From a virus: DNA of 27,733 nt. Position numbers and translations under genes: made by a program. Below the pieces are notes generated by a model, which was not told the origin of the DNA, searched no databases, and was given only the letters and a program-made list of their open reading frames with translations. The stretch is from UHGV virus genome UHGV-0042152, one strand, 5' to 3'. Below, piece after piece: positions 7,065 to 15,020 of this stretch (the first letter of the stretch is position 1; every line of letters begins with the position of its first letter).

Positions 7065-9887
7065 ATGACGGCAGAGTACATCAGGGACTGGCAACAACCG
7101 CGCCACGCAGTGGGTCGTGAAGGAACGGGAATCCCCGCTCCTGAATCCGAGCTTTCCTCCTGGCTGGATGCCTACCGGGCAGAGAACGAGCGCCGCCAGG
7201 AAATGGCTGATGCGGCGTTCTCCGCCACGCCGCTGGGCAACCTGATTAATAAAAGCCTGGACGCACAGGAAAAACAGGACAAAACCATCACACTGGCCAG
7301 AGAAGCCAGAAAACAGGCACGTGGCGCGGTGGATGAAGCCATGGCCTCGCTGCGCCTGCTGCCGTCCTATCTGCGCGATCCGCTTATTCGCCACCTCTCC
7401 TTCCTGCGCAAAAAACAGGAAGCCGATCGCCGGAAAGGCAAAAAGAGCTGGCAGGCGGAACGCTATGCACGCGGAACCCTGCGCAAAATATTCGAACGTC
7501 TGGATCGCACTGACGGACACTGGCTGACACCGGGTTATCGCTCCCTTGCCGGACGCGAACGCCTGGACGATTTGCTTTACCTGCCGCAGCTCAACAAACA
7601 CCAGATACAGACGCTGGCCACCATGACGGCGGCGATGTTCAGCAGCACCTTCGAAAAACTCTGTGATGGCTTTGGTGCCAGAGATGGCGAGCTGACCATG
7701 GATGTAACGCTGAAGGCGTATCAGATGCTGGCCCGCATGGCGTTACACCTGCACATCATGCCTCCACATTATGACGCACTGACAACAGATAAAGACCGGA
7801 GGAACGAACCGGACACGGAGCTGCTGCCGGGCGCAGTCCTTCGCCTGACCTGTGCGGAATGGTGGAAACGCAAACTGTGGCTGTTACGTTGCGAGTGGAG
7901 AGAAGAACAACTCCGCGCCGCCTGTCTGGTTTCCAGAAAAACATCACCCTATCTGAGCCAGGACGCGTTAAGCGAGTTTCGCGCACAGCGCGAGAAAACA
8001 CGCGATTTCCTGAAAAGTTTCATGCTGGAAAACGAAGACGGGTTCACGATTGATCTCGAGACAGTGTATTACGCGGGAGTAAGTAACCCGGTTCACCGTA
8101 AGGCAGAAATGATGGCCACCATGAAGGGGCTGGAACTTCTGGCCGAAGCCCGTGGCGACAAAGCGGTGTTTCTGACTGTCACCTGCCCGTCAAAATACCA
8201 CGCCACAACAGAGAACGGTCATCCGAATCCCAAATGGAACGGGGCCACCATGCGCGACTCCAGCGATTACCTGGTTAACACGTTTTTTGCGGCGGTCCGC
8301 AAAAAACTGAACCGCGACGGTCTTCGCTGGTATGGCATCCGCACGGTGGAGCCTCACCATGACGGCACCGTGCACTGGCATATGATGGTCTTTGCTCATC
8401 CGGAAGAAATCGACAGCATCGTGGCCATCACCCGCGATATTGCCATTCAGGAAGACCGCCACGAGCTGGGCAATGATATTACTCCGCGCTTTAAGGCGGA
8501 GTATGTCGACGGCTCAAAAGGCACACCAACCAGCTATATCGCGACCTACATCGGAAAGAACCTGGACAGCCGCGCCGTGGATGGCATCGACCCGAAAACG
8601 GGCAAGCCACGCGTTGACCACGAAACCGGAAAATCAATGGCCGAGAGTGTGGAGCGCGCCATCGGCTGGGCGCGCCTTCATCGGGTCCGCCAGTTCCAGT
8701 TCTTTGGCATCCCCCCCCGTCAGGTGTGGCGTGAACTGCGCCGCCTTGCCAGCCAGATGGCACGCAACCCGGAAGGCCCGCAACGACTGAAAGATGACGC
8801 AATGGATGCGGTACTCGCTGCCGCCGATGCCGGGTGTTTTGCCACCTACATTGAAAAACAGGGCGGCGTACTTGTTCCACGCAAAGACTACCTGATTCGC
8901 ACCGCCTACGACCTCGCAGATGAGCTGAATGATTACGGCGAACAGAGCGTACAGATTTACGGGATCTGGTCACCACTCATCGGGGAATCCTCCCGTGTGT
9001 GCACGCATCCGGATAACTGGAAACTGGTAAGACGTAAACCGGAAACGGAAGACAGCGCCCGCGAAAATGGTTTTGACCTTCAGGGCGGCCCTGCCGCCCC
9101 TTGGACTCGTGGCAATAACTGTCCCCGTGTACAGGAAACGGACAACAACGGGACAGAACAGCCGGAAGAACGGCCAGCACCGTGGCCGCAGCTTCCTGAC
9201 GGCGTTGACGTGAACGAATGGATGCGCTCACTGAAACGGCACGAACGCCGGGCGCTGATGCGTTCGCTGCGTGACAAACAGGCAAAAAACAGCAGTGATG
9301 AAATGCAGAGCTGGACACAGAGCCGCAAACAGCAGCGGCCTTTGCCTGATAACCACGAATTACTCGCTAAAGAATGGCGGGAATCTGCCGAATCTCTCGG
9401 CCTGCATATCGGTGAACAGCAGATGCAGCACCTGTTACGGGGCGGCAGCCTGTACGTTGACGGCAGCATCATTGCACCGCAGGGATTTGAAATTGTACGC
9501 AAACCGGATACCCGCCCGGACAGCCGAATCACGCAGCTCTGGCAGCGCCTGAGCCGTAATCACGGCGTAAGCAGCACGGAGATCCGCCATAACCCGGTCG
9601 CCAGCTATCTGGAACAGCTGGGGGCATCAGACCCCGAAGCCGCCGCACGTCTGGCATCCACACTTCAGCAGGACCAGAACACCATGACCCCCCCCGTTAC
9701 CGTGCTTTCTGACATGCTGCGCGCCATCCGCGACGCAGAGCACGCACAGAGAATCAGTGAAACCACTGAACGTGCCCGCCGCAAAGCAGACCTGCTGCGG
9801 GGTGGCCTGACCAGTGGAAACAAAAAACAGACAGAAACGGGATTCACAAATCCCGTAAATGAGCAAAAAACGCGCCGCGATATATGA
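7065..9887 (+). CDS. A: Replication initiation protein gpA (rolling-circle HUH endonuclease)
   Basis: Central region matches P2 gpA (VFLTVTCPSKYH..., VEPHHDGTVHWHMMVF HUH motif, YIATYIGKNLD catalytic-Tyr region). 940 aa versus 761 aa in P2, so the ends are diverged or extended. Confidence 0.9.
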   Translation: MTAEYIRDWQQPRHAVGREGTGIPAPESELSSWLDAYRAENERRQEMADAAFSATPLGNLINKSLDAQEKQDKTITLAREARKQARGAVDEAMASLRLLPSYLRDPLIRHLSFLRKKQEADRRKGKKSWQAERYARGTLRKIFERLDRTDGHWLTPGYRSLAGRERLDDLLYLPQLNKHQIQTLATMTAAMFSSTFEKLCDGFGARDGELTMDVTLKAYQMLARMALHLHIMPPHYDALTTDKDRRNEPDTELLPGAVLRLTCAEWWKRKLWLLRCEWREEQLRAACLVSRKTSPYLSQDALSEFRAQREKTRDFLKSFMLENEDGFTIDLETVYYAGVSNPVHRKAEMMATMKGLELLAEARGDKAVFLTVTCPSKYHATTENGHPNPKWNGATMRDSSDYLVNTFFAAVRKKLNRDGLRWYGIRTVEPHHDGTVHWHMMVFAHPEEIDSIVAITRDIAIQEDRHELGNDITPRFKAEYVDGSKGTPTSYIATYIGKNLDSRAVDGIDPKTGKPRVDHETGKSMAESVERAIGWARLHRVRQFQFFGIPPRQVWRELRRLASQMARNPEGPQRLKDDAMDAVLAAADAGCFATYIEKQGGVLVPRKDYLIRTAYDLADELNDYGEQSVQIYGIWSPLIGESSRVCTHPDNWKLVRRKPETEDSARENGFDLQGGPAAPWTRGNNCPRVQETDNNGTEQPEERPAPWPQLPDGVDVNEWMRSLKRHERRALMRSLRDKQAKNSSDEMQSWTQSRKQQRPLPDNHELLAKEWRESAESLGLHIGEQQMQHLLRGGSLYVDGSIIAPQGFEIVRKPDTRPDSRITQLWQRLSRNHGVSSTEIRHNPVASYLEQLGASDPEAAARLASTLQQDQNTMTPPVTVLSDMLRAIRDAEHAQRISETTERARRKADLLRGGLTSGNKKQTETGFTNPVNEQKTRRDI

Positions 9888-9933
9888 AGCGCACACAAAA
9901 CAGGCAAAAACGGGATTTCAGAATCCCGTAAAC
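9821..9933. repeat. Two ~40-bp imperfect direct repeats, each with an ACGGGATT-N4-AATCCCGT palindrome
   Basis: Copy 1 at 9821-9860 lies inside the last codons of gpA; copy 2 at 9893-9933 lies in the gpA-parM intergenic region. Palindrome cores at 9837-9856 and 9910-9929. Confidence 0.55.
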
Positions 9934-9963
9934 GATTAATTAATCAACATAAGGAAAAGCGAC

Positions 9964-10923
9964 ATGAAAATTTGTATCGACGACGGCTCCACCAACATCA
10001 AGCTGGCATGGACTGAGAATGGCGAACGCCGCAACGCCATCAGCCCGAACAGCTTCAAGTCGGAATGGTCTGCGCCGTTCGGTGGCATGCAGCCCGCGAA
10101 CTACATGCTTGATGGCGTGCGCTATGGTTTTGATCCGGTTAGCGATCGCTTTGTCCAGACGACCGACACGCAATACCAGTACAGCGATGTGAATGTAATC
10201 GCCATTCATCACGCGCTGGTCAAATCAGGCATCACGCCACAGGAGGTGGATGTGGTTGTCACCCTGCCACTGAGCGAGTATTTCGACACAAACGCACAGC
10301 CGGACATGGCCAACATCAACCGCAAAAAAGCGAACGTTATGCGCCCGGTGGAGTACCAGAACGGCGAAGCATTCACTATCCGTAACGTGCGGGTTATGCC
10401 TGAATCCATTCCGGCTGGCTTTAAGGCACTGGCTGACATGAGTCCGTTTGAATCCCTGCTGATTGTGGATTTAGGCGGAACCACGCTGGATGTGGCAAAG
10501 GTTCAGGGACAACTGGCAGGTATCAGCCAGGTGCTTTGCGATCCACACGTAGGCGTTTCCCTGATGGCCGATGCCGTACTGTCGGTGATGGCCACTAACG
10601 GTATGCGTACCAGTCACCACATCGCCAATACCATTATCGAACATCGCCATGATGAAGCCTGGCTGCGCCAGCACATCCACAATGACGCGCATTACGCCAG
10701 CCTGATGGCGGTTATTCGTGAAAAGGAAGAAACACTGAAACAACGCGTGATCCGCGCGCTGGCGGGTTTTTCGGGTTACGGGCGGGTGATGGTTGTCGGT
10801 GGCGGGGCAGAGATTGTGGCACCCGCTATCCGCGAAGCCTGCGGAGTTAATGCGACTTTCATCGCGGACGGGGTGCCACAGTTTGCTCTGGTTAATGGGC
10901 TGTACGCAATGGACAAGGAGTAA
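9964..10923 (+). CDS. parM: ParM/StbA-family actin-like segregation ATPase
   Basis: Strong similarity along the whole protein to plasmid R1 ParM as recalled (IDDGSTNIKL, ISPNSFK-EW, QYSDVNV-A-HHAL, VMPESIPAG, DLGGTTLD, GVSL, GGGAE, LVNG-Y). AAGGAAAAG RBS. Confidence 0.85.
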   Translation: MKICIDDGSTNIKLAWTENGERRNAISPNSFKSEWSAPFGGMQPANYMLDGVRYGFDPVSDRFVQTTDTQYQYSDVNVIAIHHALVKSGITPQEVDVVVTLPLSEYFDTNAQPDMANINRKKANVMRPVEYQNGEAFTIRNVRVMPESIPAGFKALADMSPFESLLIVDLGGTTLDVAKVQGQLAGISQVLCDPHVGVSLMADAVLSVMATNGMRTSHHIANTIIEHRHDEAWLRQHIHNDAHYASLMAVIREKEETLKQRVIRALAGFSGYGRVMVVGGGAEIVAPAIREACGVNATFIADGVPQFALVNGLYAMDKE

Positions 10924-10927
10924 ACCA

Positions 10928-11239
10928 ATGACGACACCAACCAGACGGATAAGTTTCTATCTGAAGCCCGCCGCCGTCAAGAACGAAGGCGAAGCATGCG
11001 CCTGGCTGGACAGCCTTACACCAGAAGCCCGCAAAAGTGGTCAACGCGTGGCTTTTCTGGCCGGGCTGGCACTACTGAAAATGAATCCGGCAGAGGCTTA
11101 CCGACTGGCTGCATGGGCTGATGATGAGGCGTTATCAATGACACAAACCAGGACAGAACGCCCCGCGTCACAGCCAGTATCAGCCGCACAGATAACCAGT
11201 CAGATGGCCGGAAATATCCGGGCGTTATTTCCCGAATAA
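10928..11239 (+). CDS. parR: ParR-like adaptor/centromere-binding protein (putative)
   Basis: Directly downstream of parM with an AAGGAG RBS. N-terminal region (RRISFYLKP...RVAFLAGLALLKMNP) resembles the R1 ParR N-terminus as recalled. Size is appropriate. Confidence 0.55.
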   Translation: MTTPTRRISFYLKPAAVKNEGEACAWLDSLTPEARKSGQRVAFLAGLALLKMNPAEAYRLAAWADDEALSMTQTRTERPASQPVSAAQITSQMAGNIRALFPE

Positions 11240-11244
11240 CACAA

Positions 11245-11268
11245 CATCAGGGCGCATCCGCCCTGATG
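11245..11268 (+). other. Perfect 10-bp-arm palindrome (CATCAGGGCG-CATC-CGCCCTGATG) just after the parR stop
   Basis: Read directly in the sequence. No U-tract follows, so more likely a protein-binding or RNA-processing site than an intrinsic terminator. Confidence 0.4.
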
Positions 11269-11302
11269 ACTTTAACCCGGGAGCATAAACAAGGGGGACA
11301 CA

Positions 11303-11635
11303 ATGCAACACATTGACAGAGAAAAAGCGCAGCGACTGATTGAGCGGATGGAAGCGCTGGCGAAAGAAGAAAATGTCAACATCCAAAAAATAGCTGAATG
11401 TGGCCAGATAGTTCTTCGTCGTGAAAAAGACCTCAAACAACTGATGTCTGGCGAAACCAGCAAAACATGGACTTCAGGCGAGAAGACGGTTTATTGCAGC
11501 TTCTGCAATAAATCCCAGTACGAAGTCACAAAGGTGATTGCCGGACCGTCTGTTTACATCTGCAATGAGTGCGTGGATTTGTGCAATGAAATTATCAGGA
11601 AAGAAGTGACAGACAAAAAGGAAAAAAACGCATGA
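11303..11635 (+). CDS. Stand-alone ClpX-type C4 zinc-binding domain protein (110 aa)
   Basis: C-terminal half [38 protein letters not shown] is near-identical in pattern to the N-terminal zinc-binding domain of ClpX (C-x2-C...C-x2-C). No AAA+ module follows. The N-terminal ~55 aa are coiled-coil-like. AGGGGGA RBS. Confidence 0.7.
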   Translation: MQHIDREKAQRLIERMEALAKEENVNIQKIAECGQIVLRREKDLKQLMSGETSKTWTSGEKTVYCSFCNKSQYEVTKVIAGPSVYICNECVDLCNEIIRKEVTDKKEKNA

Positions 11636-11946
11636 ACAGAAAACAGAAACAAGAGTTGAAATACTTCTTACGTAAAGAAATTGCCAGGCTTGAAGATGCA
11701 GAGTCACAATCATCAGAAATTCCGTTCGGAATGGATATCAACGACGCCCGTATGCTCCAGGCATACCGCATAGCTCAGGCTGCACTACAGGCAAAACCGT
11801 CAGATGGACTGGTTAGAGCGGTGCGTTTCTATGAACAGGTAAAGCGTGAGAATCCGCCAGTCGAAACCGGAGCATGGAAAGACGCTGTTGACTGGGTGCT
11901 CAAAGAGGCTTACCAGGCTGTAAACATTGGTACCAAAGGAGATTGA
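11632..11946 (+). CDS. Hypothetical protein (104 aa)
   Basis: Translationally coupled to the upstream gene (ATGA overlap at 11632). No motif recognised. Confidence 0.5.
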   Translation: MNRKQKQELKYFLRKEIARLEDAESQSSEIPFGMDINDARMLQAYRIAQAALQAKPSDGLVRAVRFYEQVKRENPPVETGAWKDAVDWVLKEAYQAVNIGTKGD

Positions 11947-11947
11947 T

Positions 11948-12388
11948 ATGACCACTTTTACCGACAAAGAACTGATTAAAGAAATCAAAGAGCGCATAGG
12001 CAGCCTGGACGTCCGAGACAATATTGAGCGTCGGGCTTATGAAATTGCTCTGGCATCGCTGGAAGCAGAGGCAGTTATGTTCTGTATATCAGGACAAAAT
12101 GTAGATTCAGAAGAACATGTATCAACCAGCAAAGCGGTTGTTGATGCCTGGGTTGAAGAATGGAATCAGGTTGACGGAAGTCCTGGCGAACCACTGTACA
12201 AAACTATGCCACTCTACTATCACGCTGCCTTGCCAGCGCCGGTAGTGCCGGAAGAAGCAACTCCGGAAAACGTAGAAATGCTCTCTGGCTATGTTTCCAC
12301 GTACAAATTAACCGATAGCGAGCGCGATATTGCTGCCGAAATATGGAACGCCTGCCGCGCCGCTATGCTTCATGGGAAAGGAGAGTGA
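11948..12388 (+). CDS. Hypothetical protein (146 aa)
   Basis: ATG at 11948 with an AAAGGAG RBS. Previous stop is 2 nt upstream. No motif recognised. Confidence 0.5.
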   Translation: MTTFTDKELIKEIKERIGSLDVRDNIERRAYEIALASLEAEAVMFCISGQNVDSEEHVSTSKAVVDAWVEEWNQVDGSPGEPLYKTMPLYYHAALPAPVVPEEATPENVEMLSGYVSTYKLTDSERDIAAEIWNACRAAMLHGKGE

Positions 12389-12389
12389 T

Positions 12390-12653
12390 ATGGCAACTTT
12401 GACAAAAAAAGAACAAGCATGGTTGAGCGAATTACAGGACGTTCTTGATCGCTGTCCATCACCGAAAAAAATTGGTTTTTACACCATTGGCGATAAAAGC
12501 ATTTACCTGTATGACCTACGCCGCATGGATGAAATCATGGAGGCTCTTGATAATCGTTCGTCAATGGATTGGTGTGTTGCTGTCCATGATATGAATGCAG
12601 GGTTTGATGAAAAGATTTTGTTCCCCTCATCAGTTGAAAGCACAGCAGGATAA
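12390..12653 (+). CDS. Hypothetical protein (87 aa)
   Basis: ATG at 12390 with an AAAGGAGAG RBS. Tightly packed after the upstream gene. Confidence 0.5.
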   Translation: MATLTKKEQAWLSELQDVLDRCPSPKKIGFYTIGDKSIYLYDLRRMDEIMEALDNRSSMDWCVAVHDMNAGFDEKILFPSSVESTAG

Positions 12654-12686
12654 GGACCCAGCAAATATACACAACCTATAAAACAC

Positions 12687-12714
12687 TAAAGCGCCTCAGG
12701 GGCGCTTTTTGTTT
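12687..12714 (+). terminator. Rho-independent terminator ending the parM-to-small-ORF operon
   Basis: AAGCGCC-TCAG-GGGCGCTT hairpin followed by TTTTTGTTT. Confidence 0.65.
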
Positions 12715-12817
12715 GCACAAAAGTGCACAAATTTGCACAATTTTTTTGAACGACTTTTTACCCTTCCGGCCCGCATGGCGGCTGGATCCGTCAAGGATCC
12801 GTGCGTGCACAAAAAAA
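12711..12817. promoter_or_regulatory. Repeat-rich non-coding region (phased TGCACAA repeats and duplicated GGATCCGT)
   Basis: TGCACAA at 12714, 12724, 12734 (10-bp phasing) and again at 12807. GGATCCGT at 12784 and 12795 (11-bp spacing). Function unknown. Confidence 0.35.
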
Positions 12818-13104
12818 CGCGCTTTTTCTGCGCGCAGGTGACGGGGGAACAGCCCGCGTTTCAGGGGGTAAATAGCATTCCCTGAACGATGTCGCAGAGA
12901 CACAACAGAATGGCCATATTTCTCACGCTGAGCATGAAAAAGGCGTGAGGGCTTTTGATTTGATGGGGTGAAAGGTAAGGCCGTCAAAATCGCACTGAGG
13001 CAGCGAGAACATGCAGTCAACGCGGTGGAATTGCGTAAGAGTCTGACCGTCGATGGTGGCGATAAACTGGAAGGCGTCGTGAAATTATCTGATTGATACA
13101 GGAG

Positions 13105-13236
13105 NNNNNNNNNNNNNNNNNNNNNNNNNNNNNNNNNNNNNNNNNNNNNNNNNNNNNNNNNNNNNNNNNNNNNNNNNNNNNNNNNNNNNNNNNNNNNNNN
13201 NNNNNNNNNNNNNNNNNNNNNNNNNNNNNNNNNNNN
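13105..13236. other. Run of N (masked or unsequenced, 132 nt)
   Basis: Literal n characters in the sequence. Confidence 1.
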
Positions 13237-13343
13237 GGCGGGGCGAAGCAGCAGACAAGCGAAGCGCGTCAGCGATACGGCACCTTGCCGACCATACTTC
13301 ATAAGTGCAAAATACGAGCAAAGAAATCAATGGAGGCTGTCTT

Positions 13344-13880
13344 ATGGTCATTAATTACAAGCAGTTAAGAGAAAAACGGGAGCAGGTAAAGGAGAGCTTT
13401 CGCCGCAATGAAGATCTGACCCCGCTTGTACGCCTTGCCCAGGGCATTGTTGATGCTTATGAAATCTCGCTGGAGCTGCCATCACAGACCTGGACAGATA
13501 GCGACGGTAATCGCCAGCATTACGTTTCATGCGGACTGGAAGCAGCCGAAGGATTTCGCAGAATGCCTTTATCCCAGATCCCTGCCGCTACCCCCAAAGC
13601 ACGGGGCAGCAATGATGAGCGAAAACTGACTTTTAGTATTGAAACGGTGGTTGACGACACACCTGGCGAAGTCGCGTTCGTGCACACTCCTGTTTCGATC
13701 GCAATGTATAACGATGAAATACAGGTTCGCGTTAATAATAATATCGTGCCACTTAAAGAAGGTAATTCACCCTACACCACCGTTTGTGAAGCCATTCAAT
13801 ATTACGTTCTCTCTGAAATTGATAATCTCAAGCCTGACGGCACCCAGAAAGGTCATGCACAACGCGTACCCGTGAAAACC
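13344..13880 (+). CDS. Hypothetical protein, 3' end hidden by N-run (at least 179 aa)
   Basis: ATG at 13344 with a GGAGG RBS 6 nt upstream. Continuous reading frame to the N-run at 13881. Occupies the position adjacent to cos/portal where P2 carries old. Confidence 0.4.
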
Positions 13881-13968
13881 NNNNNNNNNNNNNNNNNNNN
13901 NNNNNNNNNNNNNNNNNNNNNNNNNNNNNNNNNNNNNNNNNNNNNNNNNNNNNNNNNNNNNNNNNNNN
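13881..13968. other. Run of N (88 nt) at the expected position of the cos site
   Basis: Literal n characters. In P2 the cohesive-end site lies immediately beyond the 3' end of portal gene Q, which here ends at 13974. Confidence 1.
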
Positions 13969-13973
13969 CCCCA

Positions 13974-15020
13974 TCACGGGGCTGTTTTTTCATCAAGAAG
14001 AGCATAAGAGTTAAAACGGATCACCTCTTCGCCAAGCCAGTCATTGATGTGCTTCATAGCCTCCATAACGGGCATCAGCTCGTTAATTGCGTAAACCCGC
14101 GCTGCCTTCTCCACATCGCCAAACGCACTTTTTTCGCCCGGCATCGCCCCCATCAGTTGCGGCGGAACGCGGTGCGCAGCCAGCACATCATCACGGGATG
14201 CCGCCTTAACATTCATGAATTCATCTTTTGCGGTGATCTGCTGGAACGGCAAAATTTGCACCCCCTCTTTGCCCCCGTTGGGCGCATGAATGAGCACGTT
14301 TTTAAACGCACCACCACCACGTGCCCCCTGTAGCGTTTCTTTCAGGGAGTCCATGCTTTCGCGGTTTACCTGCGCTGCACCGATGTAGATGATGCACCCG
14401 GCGTGGGATCCGTTGTCGTAGTACAGTTTTCTGAACATGTCCGCCGAATGAGAAAGGCTGGCCGAGAGTAATGCGCCAAGATATTCCGGCATGCCGTAGA
14501 TTTCCTGGTTAATATCCGGATTCATCAGGTGGCACACTTTGCCAGGACGAAACTGAAACGCGTCCTTGCCATCCTGCACATACCACCATGATTCAAGATC
14601 GCTTCCGCGTCGCATGTATTTCGCCAGGGCGTGCCGTAATTTAAGCGGTTCGCCGAGCATATTGCTTCGAAGCTCAAGGAATGCGTTACCGAACACAAAC
14701 CAGTCCAGCGCCAGCGCCGAGAAATCCTGCCGGGAAAGCAGCGGGTGCGGGATGTAGCAACCGAGTAATACATTGCGCTTAAAGTAAAGCGCAGACTGAT
14801 GCCAGGACGTTTGCCGGGCTGCTCTTGCCAGACCGTACCAGTCCACCGGGGTTTCATACCACCGCCCGTTATCAGCACAGTACATATTGTCCAGCAGGTC
14901 ATGCCCGGTCAGGCGATAAGGACCATCAAATGTGAATGCACTGAGCGATGATTCTTTCCTGAGCGCATCAGCGAGATCAATGCGTGAACTCATGCGCACT
15001 TTTTTATTTTTTCTGCTCAT
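13974..15020 (-). CDS. Q: Portal protein gpQ
   Basis: 348 aa (P2 Q is about 344 aa). Minus strand, immediately downstream of and overlapping terminase gene P, as in P2. Confidence 0.85.
   Translation of the reverse strand: MSRKNKKVRMSSRIDLADALRKESSLSAFTFDGPYRLTGHDLLDNMYCADNGRWYETPVDWYGLARAARQTSWHQSALYFKRNVLLGCYIPHPLLSRQDFSALALDWFVFGNAFLELRSNMLGEPLKLRHALAKYMRRGSDLESWWYVQDGKDAFQFRPGKVCHLMNPDINQEIYGMPEYLGALLSASLSHSADMFRKLYYDNGSHAGCIIYIGAAQVNRESMDSLKETLQGARGGGAFKNVLIHAPNGGKEGVQILPFQQITAKDEFMNVKAASRDDVLAAHRVPPQLMGAMPGEKSAFGDVEKAARVYAINELMPVMEAMKHINDWLGEEVIRFNSYALLDEKTAP

Noticed and set aside
6528-7601. 357-aa minus-strand ORF
   Set aside because: Antisense to the well-supported gpA gene and upstream small ORFs. 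No RBS, and composition typical of reverse-frame read-through of GC-rich coding DNA.
8491-9532. Several 110-160-aa minus-strand ORFs
   Set aside because: All lie inside gpA on the opposite strand. Their Arg/Cys/Pro-rich translations are typical of non-coding frames.
12711-12817. Possible CRISPR array
   Set aside because: The repeats are only 7-8 bp with 10-11-bp spacing, far too short and irregular for CRISPR repeats and spacers. No cas genes are present.
9888-13104. LexA (SOS) box as expected for a 186-type tum antirepressor
   Set aside because: No CTGT-N8-ACAG match was found by eye in the intergenic stretches. The nearest resemblance (CTGATTGATACAG at about 13090) has the wrong spacing.
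12676-13368. ORFs 12676..13302 (-), 13085..13351 (-) and 13093..13368 (+) running through X residues
   Set aside because: They exist only because the N-run contains no stop codons. The real sequence is unknown.
13969-13990. CCCC-ATCA-CGGGG hairpin plus T-run resembling a terminator
   Set aside because: The sequence forms the last codons and stop of portal gene Q on the minus strand. A bidirectional terminator role cannot be excluded, but it cannot be assessed with the adjacent N-run.
13305-14333. 342-aa ORF as given in the track
   Set aside because: Only 13344-13880 is retained. The rest reads through the second N-run and then antisense into portal gene Q.
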